Position numbers and translations under genes: made by a program. 64,000 nt of DNA. Source: the human T2T-CHM13v2.0 reference genome, Homo sapiens. Below, piece after piece: positions 54,331-64,000 of the stretch. The notes below the pieces were generated by a model, which was not told where the DNA came from, made no database searches, and worked only from the letters and a program-made list of their open reading frames with translations. Positions within the stretch are counted from its first letter, which is position 1, and each line of letters opens with the position of its first letter. Where the stretch lies: assembly GCF_009914755.1 (NCBI RefSeq), contig NC_060925.1; one strand, written 5' to 3'.

Positions 54331-54712
54331 TAGAACTTTTTAATAGTTACAATACTCAGATTGCATTGCAAGTGTCTGTAAGCTGTCTTTCCACAATAAA
54401 GAAACTCAAATTGGAAATGTCAAATTATTCACTGTAGATATGACTGAAACAAGAAAGGAAACCAGGAACCTGAGTCAATGAATGCAAATTCAAAGAGGAT
54501 CCTTGACTCTGCGTTCAAAAATCTGACAAATTAATGTAGGTTTTAAGTTAAATGGGTTTATGGTATATACAGGGCTTTTTTATTTTTATTTTTTGTAAAA
54601 TGATTGTCCATGTTAACATAACATTTTTGATTAATCAAAAAATACTGTAACAGTAACTGGATAAAAGAGCATCTATTGTAATTGAAGTGCTTTTAAACTA
54701 ATTAATTTTAAT

Positions 54713-54990
54713 TGAATTCAACAAATGTTTACTGAGCATCTTCTATTTGTGAACTTTCTTCCTGACTATAAGGATTACACAGATTGCTAAAGGGCATAAG
54801 ACAATGAAAACAATTGCAACACAACAAGTAAGAAAGAAGTCAAATGATAGGGCAATTGTGTTTGATTGGAGAATCAGGAAAATATCCCATGGGAAAAAAA
54901 TAGCTTTTGATATAAGCCTTGAAGGATGAGTAGATTTTCATCATAGAGATGAACGAAAGAAGAATATTTTTAAATAGAGATTACAGGACT
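54713..54990 (-). mobile_element. L2 3' fragment
   Basis: attcaacaaatgtttactgagcatcttctat...agccttgaaggatgagtagatttt. Confidence 0.6.
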
Positions 54991-55354
54991 TTCTGATGAA
55001 CAACTTTCCTATCAGTACTATCAGCACTTACTGTTACATGACCAAAAGATGTATAAGCTCTCGTGAAAAAGATGTGGGGATTTTAATTGCTCTCAGCCTC
55101 GACATAGGCTAGAAAAGTTTGATGTTCAGTGTAGGAAGAAACCAGTGGCCAATGGTTGTTTAGCACACCGCTGAGTGCTCAGGGGAACCTCAGGAAAGAG
55201 GCAAAGGGAGTTGAGCTGGATCTGTTGGGAAAAGGATTCTCACAGAAAGTAGTTTATGGATGAATGTTCCAGCAACTGTGTATATATTTTCTCAGAACAA
55301 GGGGAAAGTAAGAGCACAAAGAGAGGCTGGGACAGTCTGAGTAGGGGCTCGTGC

Positions 55355-55560
55355 ACTTAATTTGGAGTCAAAAGGTAAAGGTTCACCCACACATGCTACC
55401 TCTGTAAGCCTAGGCACATCACTCAGCCACTCTGAGCTTCAGTTTCCAATATCCCAGGAGTGCTATAGGGATTAAACGAGACAAGGTAAGTGGACATCCT
55501 CAGCCAAATGTGAACATTACCCAGATTTTAGGTACTAGTTACTGTGATTATTATTATTAC
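55355..55560 (+). mobile_element. MIR SINE
   Basis: tttggagtcaaaag...ctctgagcttcagtttcc...gggattaaacgaga. Confidence 0.65.
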
Positions 55561-56207
55561 CTTTAGAAAGGTTTTGCATTTATCCCTATGTGAGGTAATA
55601 AAATCCTGGAATGCAGTGGAGGCAAAAAAACATTGACAAGAGGAAACAGGAAAAATACACTGAAGAGAAAAAGTCAAAGTTGGTCATTGATTGGATTGGT
55701 GGTGGCTGGGACCACAGAGCTAAGAATAAAAAAATTTTTTTTTCATTAATGACAAACAAAAGAAAGAAACTTCAGCATATGGTTTGCAGCCATCAAATGG
55801 CAGCCTTTTTCACTGAAGCCACCACTTGGCTTGCATTTTATATCCAAGTTTACATTCCAATACCCCGTGCCCCACTTCCATTATCGATTCAAAATTTTCT
55901 TTCTCTCTCTCCACACTGAAGCTAAACTGCAGGACAGGAAAAAGCATGTGGCTTGGTGTGCTAAAAGTTATTGTCATTTATTAACTCCTACTTTCAAGGC
56001 CAGAAATTACAAATAGAATGCTGAGCCACTGCTACTGGTAGAGGAAAAATATGCTCTTAAAATTGATAGGATGCACACCCACCATTCTCCTCATTGCCGG
56101 CCACCAATATATCAACGGTTGCCAAGTGATTACAGCCTATGACCACCAGTGGCCAGATATTGATTTCTCTTGTATTCAGCAGCAGTTGAAGTTATGCATA
56201 TGTGTGA

Positions 56208-56246
56208 ACACACACACAGACACACACACACACACACACACACACA
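56208..56246. repeat. (CA)n microsatellite, one interruption
   Basis: Direct reading. Confidence 0.95.
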
Positions 56247-57142
56247 GAATACACTTTAAACCTTATAATCAAATTAATTATGTTTCTGTCAGAAAAAGTA
56301 TTTTTATTTCTAGGACAACACAGTAAGAGTTTTTTTAAAAATCTTTTAATTAGAACTAACTCTAAAATGATACTTCATTAAATCATTTAAAAGGAAGTAT
56401 AACCATCCCAATCCTGCACTCATTTGTACAACAAAGTCTAGATTGGTACTAATTATGTGACACTTGTCAATTCCTTGCAATATGCCTCGTCATGAGTAGA
56501 TTCTTTAAGCTCAGAGGTAGAATAGGTAAACCATTCACAGGATGCTACAGATACCAAGAAACAGTCATTATCTTCTCTGCAAGTCCAATTGTATATATCT
56601 TTCAAGGTTGTTCATTGTTTTGAATTATATTGTCCAATTTTCCTCCATTAGAGCAGATAATGGAGCATGAACTATATCTGGTAACATCTATGATCTAGGA
56701 GTAGGTCATACCCTAAGCAAAATTATGACATAGAAAAAATGTCTTTAATATCCTTGGATCTCTCTTTTGACCATTTTCCTTACATATCTACCCATCCTCC
56801 TTCTCCATGGCTTCTTTTGGGACTTCTTTCTCCAATGGTATCCTGTAATCGAGATCTTTCTTGTCTTACCCTGGATTAACAACACTTACATATCTTGTAT
56901 TTTACTATTTAAAAGGCATGGTCTTCATTCATGAATGCTATACCAAAGAGAGTTACCTCAGTGGTAATGTAAGGCTTTGTGGCTAGCCAAAGAGATTTTT
57001 CCATATTCTTCAAACCATATCCTCTAACATCACACTCAGGGTGAGGTGCAGGTAAAGGAAAATATGTCAAAGCACCTTGTTAATTTCAAACAGCTCCATA
57101 AATGAAAGAAAGCATTATTATTATTCTGCCTGCACAAAGGGT

Positions 57143-57343
57143 TAGTGGGATGCTGGAGCTGGCTTATACTGTGTATATCTCTTAACTGTGTACATCTCTT
57201 CCTTTAGCTTCATTCAATGACATCAAGTTGGAGGTTTGAAATCAGCCCCAGTGAAAATATTTACACCATGATAATTGGTAAATGCTACATATCAGGGCTT
57301 CTCCCTGCACTTCCTAGAGAGCCAGTTTACCAGCACACCACTG
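57143..57343. mobile_element. MER63A-type MITE (opposite orientation to the 24304 copy)
   Basis: tagtgggatgctggagctggct ... tttaccagcacaccactg TIRs. Confidence 0.8.
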
Positions 57344-58564
57344 CATAAGATCATCTTTATGTAGAAATAGATGGCATCTTGAATTTTTTTTTTAATTTTT
57401 TGGCCCATTGAGTTGCCCTATTTTCCTGATTAGTCTTCTTCCCTTGCCAACACAACATGAAAGGATTTGCCCATGCACATACATATCTCAACTCACTGTA
57501 ATAATTAGCTTAATCATGGCTTTTCTATTCACTGGTATATGCTCAGCACCTACACTGCCTAACATATAGAAGGTGACAAATATTAGTTGATTAAATGAGC
57601 ACACAGACATCCCACATCTACACTTGTGTGTGAACAGACACACACACATACGCCCACTGAGTCTGAGTTAACATGAGAGAGCTATTTATAAACAACACTT
57701 CAGTAGTAAAGGGCCATTTTATTTTCTAGTTAGAATATTTATTTGGTTTATTGCCAATGGCCTAAAATTCCTGGAGAAGCAACTGTTAACAACAGACAGG
57801 ATCAAAAGCTATTTAAATATTGCAGAAAAACATGTTGTGCTACTTTTAAGTTTTATTATCCTCTTAGGAAAAAGACTAATTTTTGAAGTGCAAGTCGTCC
57901 AAAACAAATCTTTTTAAGTCCCCAAGATGCACCAATATGCTTAATGGGCAAAATTGCCTCATCTCGTATCATCACTGATTCTAACTTCAGAGTCACTAGC
58001 TCTCTCCTTCCTTTTGCTCAAACAACCTTCTCACCGTCTGTTCACTCTTCAGTTAGACCCCACAGAAACCACGCTGTCAAAGGTCACAATGACCTTCCAA
58101 GTGGCAATCTCCAGGACATTTCTCAGTTTTGTAAATCCCTCTGTTGCATTTGGCACTGTTGTCTTCTGCTGAGTCTCATTCTGGCCATGTTCAATTTCCC
58201 CCGGCCTGCCAATATGTGTCAGCGCCCCTCCCTGGAGTTCCTCCAGCCCTGCCCCACAGCTCCTGGCTCTTACTTTCCCTTGCTCTTTGATTTCTGACCT
58301 CTTGGTGTCCTGCACACTTTGGCTACTATTCCCCCACCTCACTCACAGGATTGTCACATACCTGTCACAAAGAAGGCTCTTACCTATGTAGCACATAATG
58401 AACACAAATTTCATGCCCACACATACACCCAGGTGCACACATGCATGCACAGGTATATGCGTGTGCATACAAACATATATTGACACGTCCATTAGCTCAC
58501 TTCTTAGCCCTCGTCTGTGTGTGTGGACTTCCCCCCTCTGCCTTTCAGCACATCTGGCTCTTCC

Positions 58565-58598
58565 CCGCAATTCCCCTCCTTGCCTCTAGGGGGCAAAC
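58565..58598 (+). promoter_or_regulatory. CTCF motif with upstream (ZF9-11) module
   Basis: ccgcaattcc-cctccttg-CCTCTAGGGGGCAaac: core matches CCASYAGRKGGCR with one mismatch; TGCAGT-like upstream module at the known spacing. Confidence 0.6.
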
Positions 58599-59304
58599 TG
58601 TGCCTCAGTCTCAGCCTGATGTTGAAAAAGTCCTCAGTTAAATTCTCCCCTCCCTTTAATTTAGGTGAGATTCACTCAACTAAGTTAGTTATAGGTCCCG
58701 CCCCATCTTCTCTTCCCTTAAAGGCAGAGGTGCCTCAGGCGCTGTCTTTGACTTTCTCTGGTCTCTATCCCAAAGTTATCACTTTGTCTCATAGAATCCC
58801 ATGGCTTCAACTATCCCCTACATATATTCATATTCCCCAAAAGCAAACCTGGAGAAGACCTGAATTAAATCTCTAGTTGTAGCTTCCACTGACACTGAAG
58901 TCTCAATATGCCCCAACCCAACCTTTTTATCTTCTCACTCAAACATATTTTACTTTGCATTAATGACACTAGACCCTAATTACTCCTGTGAGAACTACTA
59001 AATGTACTTGTGATTCTCCCCTCTCTCTCTCCCCTCAACTTTCATTCATTTGCTGAATTCTGAGGATTCTCCCTCTGCAAGAGTTCTCACCTCTGTCTCT
59101 GCATTACCACTGCCTACTGCCACAGTTGAGGCATTGGGCGTTTCTCATGTGAACCGTCACAGTGAAATGCTAACTGACCACATCACGATGAGCCTTTCTC
59201 CCTCAACTCAGCTGCCATACTCACCTGCTAGACTTGTCTTTCTAAGCCCAGTATGAGGCTGTATGTCACTCTTTGTATTTTCCACTGCTGACAACAATAT
59301 CTGC

Positions 59305-59478
59305 ACAAGATTACCAGCAGACTGCCTACATCTGAATCATCCAGGAGGCTGGCTTACAATGCAGATTTCTAAGCTCCACTTCAAGCCAGCTGAATCAAAT
59401 CAGTAGGTCCCAGAAATCTACATGTTCAGCCAAGTCCCTTTATAAGCCTTCAGCCCACTACAGCAGGAGAGCCACTGG
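59305..59478. mobile_element. MER5-like MITE
   Basis: catctgaatcatccaggag...aatgcagatttctaagctccac...gctgaatcaaatc...gagccactg. Confidence 0.6.
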
Positions 59479-59736
59479 CATAGAGCTTCCTCTGTAGGGC
59501 ATTTAAAGCCTTTCACTATCTGGCCCCTGCTTACCTTTTAATCTGATTTTCGCCAGTCCCTTCACCCATGCCCTCATTCTCCATACTTACCCTGTGCCTT
59601 TGGGTGTTTTTCTCCCTGAAATGCCCTCTGCCTTTTGCTGCCAGATCTTACTAAAGCTTAGCCCTAAATTCACATACTCTGTGGCATCGTCTGTGATGCC
59701 TCTGGTTATATCCAATTCCTACCTCTTCAGGACCTC

Positions 59737-60228
59737 TGTTACCCTCAATAAAACAGGATTTGTTCAGCTGGTGAGTAACTCCACGAGAACACAGGTTTTG
59801 ATCAATAAGAGTTTTATTACTTGGTGCAAGTAAGGAGGATACTGGGAGTGTTCTCCAAAGCAGTGTCTCCCGGAGAGAAGGGGACAGGAGGGTTTTATGC
59901 GGCAATGGAGAAGGGTGCATCATGGCAGGTAGAGGAGGGGTCCCAGTTGCACAGACATGATGAGTCATCATGCCAGCATATGGGTTGCATGTCATGGTAA
60001 TGCAGGTATAGCTCCTCCCAGGGTGGAGACTTTGGCATAGTAATGAGGAAAGTTCACTCGAGTTCATCTAGAAGTTGCCAGGATCAGTCAGGACCTGGTT
60101 TAAACCAACAAGGTGACTGCATTCCACACAGGCTGCAGGGCAGGAGGCTGTAAAACAGACTGACCAGACTGACTGCTCAACTTGATTCGATTCCTATCAT
60201 CCCTGGAGACCCTCCCTGTCTGTTTATA
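59737..60228 (-). mobile_element. ERVL-class solo LTR (MER70-like, tentative) nested in L2
   Basis: tgttaccc...ttttattacttgg...aagtaaggaggatactggg...ccctggagaccctccctgtctgtttata. Confidence 0.7.
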
Positions 60229-61544
60229 CTCTTATATACTTTATAACAGTGTATCTCTGTGCATTATAGTAACTGTTTTAGTACCCCTTTCCTTTTTGGC
60301 CAAATACCTCTTAAGGGCAAGAACCAAGTTTTACTTATCCTTTTACCCCAGTGTCTGACACATAGTCAGTGCTCAATAAAATGATGTTTGAATGAATGAC
60401 TGCATAAATACTGTCTTCCACCACTGCAATTCAAACATCAGACTCCATGGATAGCAGCATTTAGAAAAACACTTATATCTAACCATAATGATTCTGACAG
60501 GTTCCTGATAACTCTGGAAGTGTTATGCATTCCATCAGACTGAGAGGACCCAAATTTCATTTCTGAAATTCAGAGGACATCACAAGGAGACAGTTCCATT
60601 TAAATTTATCTTTCCAATTAAGGGCATAGACACAGATTCAGTTAGTTTGTACTGAAAGAGCCATTCATAGAATAGCCAACAGCTAAGGCCTAATTCTCAG
60701 ACTAATGAGTAACTAAAGATATTTTTGAAAAAGCTGAATGTCGACAATATGACAGGGACACCAGAAAAACAAGGCTGTGGATGGCACTTGCCATCTGTCA
60801 TCTGTCCAACAGTTGATGGCATTATCTGAATAACCCCTGAGTTTGTGGATTAGTCTTGTGGACCAGAGATAGGAGTGGAGGGGTTAGGAAGAAGGAAGTC
60901 ACAAGGTCCCCTCTTTTCAAGAGTTTACAGTTCAGTTAGAACCACCTAAATGCTGCATGTGGCAAAAACCCAGGAATAAAAACAAAGAAGTATGGTAGAG
61001 ACTGCACATTGACCTAATGTAGAAACAAAGCCCACAGCTGCTAGGGAAAGAAAGAGATTCGAGATTTATTTGTAATGAGAATTTTGGCACTGGAAGAGCC
61101 TACAGAGACCATGTAATACAGCAGTCTCACTTCACAAATGAGAACTAAATGCCGAGTGAAGTGACTTTTCCAAAGCCATTCGAATTGTTTATTTAACCAG
61201 GAAACCTTTCAGATAGAAATAAGATATGCCTGGAAAAAGAGAAGGTAAGTTTTTCAGAGAGCTATGTTGGAGGAGGGAAAAACTATGTGAGGAGAAAAAG
61301 AGAAAGAGGTTTCTGCAGAAGGAGAAGAGGCAAATGAGCAAGTTTGGGAGATGAAAGCAAGAATTTCTAGTGCAGTGCAAAGAAGAGTGATGAGGAGTGA
61401 GACTGGGGTGTCACGTTGGAGGTGGGAACCAACCTTTATGAATGGAAAGTCTTAGCTAGAAGAAGGAGGAGGGTTGCTATGAACCCAACTGAGTTCCAGC
61501 CCTATATAATGAATTCCTGTGCTGTTAGAATCCAACCTCACTCA

Positions 61545-61850
61545 ATCACAAATTTTTGAAGCTGGAAAGACCTTGAAGGAAAACTAAGGAACTCATCTTA
61601 GAGATGAATAAGCCCAGGTTCAGAAGGAGGCAGGGCAAGTGTGTGGTCTTTGGAAACATGCTGATTCTAGTTTTAACACTCATCAGCCATATGTCTTTGA
61701 GCCACTTATTGAAGCTCTTTGAGCCTCTGTTGCCTTTCCTGTAAGAAGGAGATATATTCAATTCATAGTGTTGTTATAAGGGTTAGACTATCATGCATCA
61801 TTAGCACCTGGCCTAGTGTGAGCCCATAAATGGAATTCAGTGAATGCTTC
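61545..61850. mobile_element. MIR/MIR3 fragments, back to back
   Basis: gctggaaagaccttgaagg...catcttagagatgaa; ttgagcctctgttgcctttcctgtaag...gtgttgttataagggttag. Confidence 0.55.
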
Positions 61851-62625
61851 TTCTGCCTCCCTTTGTGCTAAGAGATGAGTTGCCTTGCCCAGGTCATCAG
61901 CTTATGCATAGCAAAGACAAGGCAGAAACTTTAATGTTTAAACCTGAAACTCCAAGCTACAGCCCTAAAACAGGCTGCCCCTCTTGCAAACTCTACCTAG
62001 GCTCCCACCAAAGTACTTAGGATCCTTTTGAAAAGGGGCAGTTCCGGAATTGCCATAAGAGACCAGGAATTCACAATCAGAACTTCATTTGCTTTCCTTC
62101 CTGAAGTTTGTCTTTAGTGAGCTCACAGCCTTGACGAATGAAGAAACAAACCCATCTCAAACAAACAAAAAACAAAGAGGGCAGATCAAAGACAAGTCCT
62201 CTATGAAAGTATGTCAGCTGGGGATAGAGGATAAAAGCTTTTTTGTTGCTGAATGAAAAAGCTCTTTTGGCTTCATGATTTCCTAGGGATTATAATAATA
62301 ATGGCCTGGATTATCAATACAATTCACATCTGAATGTGCTTCACATTTCTCAAAACCTGAAGATTGGAAACTAAATTGTTGAAAGCCAATCAGTCCTGGC
62401 CAGGTAGAGGTGCAAGGTAGACACAGAGACTCTTGAGCTGTAGGAGGTTTTATCAATATGACAGATACCCTTTGAGGGATGAGCTATTGGCATGTGGGCA
62501 TTGAAGTCCTGGACAGAATGTAAATATTAAGACTTTAAAATAATAAATACAATATTCCCCAAACGAATCTTTTTATCTTCTACCTCAAACACAACTAGTG
62601 CTCTTATCAATGACCTGGGACAGTG

Positions 62626-62653
62626 CTTTTTTTTTTTTTTTTTTTTTTTTTTT
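62626..62653. repeat. Poly(T) tract (~28 nt)
   Basis: Direct reading. Confidence 0.9.
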
Positions 62654-64000
62654 GCTTGTCTTTAGTAATGTACTGCAACTCTGCTCAAGTTTGTTAAGCA
62701 TTTCTCAGGTTCCAAAGAATTTTCTGACACTAGCATTACAAAAGTGACTAAGACATGGTCCCTATTTTCCAAAATTTGTTTAAATCCCAGCTCAAATCAT
62801 GTCACTCCTCTGATCTAAACCCTGCATTGTTGCTCCATCTCACTCAGACGAAAGCCAACATCCTTGCAGTGGCCACCGGCTCCCACCTGATCTCCTCGGC
62901 CCTTCCTCACTGACCTCATCACATACTACTCTCTCTGTTGCTGATACTGAATATGCCAGGATCCTCCTGCCTTTGTTAATGAATGCATTTTTCTTTCAGG
63001 AAAAGAGATGAGCTCTATGAGGAAATGCAAAAAGCAATTATAATTTCAATTGTGGAAAAAGAAAACTCAGAAGTCAACTTAAGAACTTGCCAGTCAGACT
63101 GCTTTTTGAGGGAGCTGTCCGATGAGCTGGTGTTGCTATTTGAGGTGAACCACCCAGCTAGCTGGGTGGCTTGACTACCTAGAGGGAAAACTTGACCATT
63201 CATACGACAGAGAAAGACGTGACTAAAGAACACTGTCCCCACTATACACTTCCACCCTGCATGACATCAGTGAATCTTTGACTTCCTTTAGGTTAGCAAA
63301 GCATGGAAACGAATTTCACGCCAAATGACGATACATTCATGATCGCTGGACAATTTTATTATCTGGATCCTGGGGCAGTGCATGCAGTGTTTGTCCTGGA
63401 GCAACCTCCTTAAGGGGCCACCTCTGCTTGAGCAACACGCTGGAAGCTTCATAGATAGGTAACATTCTCTAGCTTGCTACCCAGCCCCCTTGGTGTCATG
63501 TTTCTCTTCTCCCCCATCCTCCTGTGTAGTGCATGTGCTCTCCAGACTCTCCCCAAGGCTCTGTCCCTGTCCCACCTTCCCTCTCTGAGAACTTCCCACC
63601 TCCGCTCCACTCCTTCAGGTGAGGATTTTTTTTTCTCTCTGACTCAACACATATGCAGATAACTTACTGGTCAGACCCTTCTTTGTTGTATTCGGTCTCT
63701 AAGATCCTGGGCCTATTTGTTACTCATATTGTCTAGATCTTGGGAGCAGAGCCATGTCCAAAGATCATGGAATTCTTTGCACACAGAGTGGACACCTGAC
63801 CTGTCATCAGGGTGTAGGCTTTCCTGATGCCCCTCCCACCCGAGCCAGGTGTGAGTGGAAGGGATGAATCTCAGAGGGTTGAATAAGTTATGAGCCTTAG
63901 TTCATGATATATCATCATCTTTGATTTGGGTTAATCTTTGATTTAATTAGCTATCACTTTTATTCCCATTCTTCATTCCCATGCCCCATCCATAGGCAGT

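Larger units (their letters stand above)
58020..60400 (+). mobile_element. Fragmented L2 (ORF2 to 3' end), interrupted by MER5 and an LTR
   Basis: gtcaaaggtcacaatgaccttcc...tgcatttggcactgttg (L2 RT region); ends ccagtgtctgacacatagtcagtgctcaataaaatgatgtttgaatgaatga; interior partly non-L2. Confidence 0.6.

Noticed and set aside
57167-57199. 17-bp tandem duplication in MER63A (similar small duplications at about 24312-24355 and 9433-9482)
   Set aside because: Ordinary slippage-scale events in neutral repeats.
59800-59870. Similarity to 36330-36400
   Set aside because: Confined within two related ERVL-class LTRs with no shared flank, so family homology rather than local duplication.
62983-63174. 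63-aa ORF with protein-like composition after a splice acceptor
   Set aside because: Short, no recognisable family, and no upstream coding exons in the window.

Overview
Primate genomic DNA, most likely human or great ape: it carries AluY/AluSc/AluJ, LTR12C and THE1A elements and is CpG-depleted. The window is non-coding (intergenic or deep intronic). I find no credible protein-coding exon, tRNA, rRNA or CRISPR array, and every long ORF in the track lies in an LTR, Alu or microsatellite. A large fraction is interspersed repeat: about 12 Alu copies or fragments, solo LTRs, a two-LTR THE1A nested in another LTR, L1M/L2/L3 LINE remnants, MIRs and DNA-transposon MITEs, many with readable target-site duplications. 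Repeat names come from recalled consensus sequences and need RepeatMasker/Dfam confirmation. The most unusual signal visible directly in the sequence is a cluster of three locally templated copy events within about 16 kb: a two-piece inverted insertion at 27442-27536, an inverted ~160-bp copy at 39296-39454, and a direct 97%-identical ~155-bp copy at 43545-43700. A perfect 14-bp hairpin and short tandem duplications also occur. Regulatory candidates are a same-strand LTR12C + MLT2A1 promoter pair 19 bp apart, a SOX-OCT composite motif about 0.75 kb upstream of that pair, and an extended CTCF motif at 58565-58598. I cannot name the locus and cannot support a new gene-encoded system.
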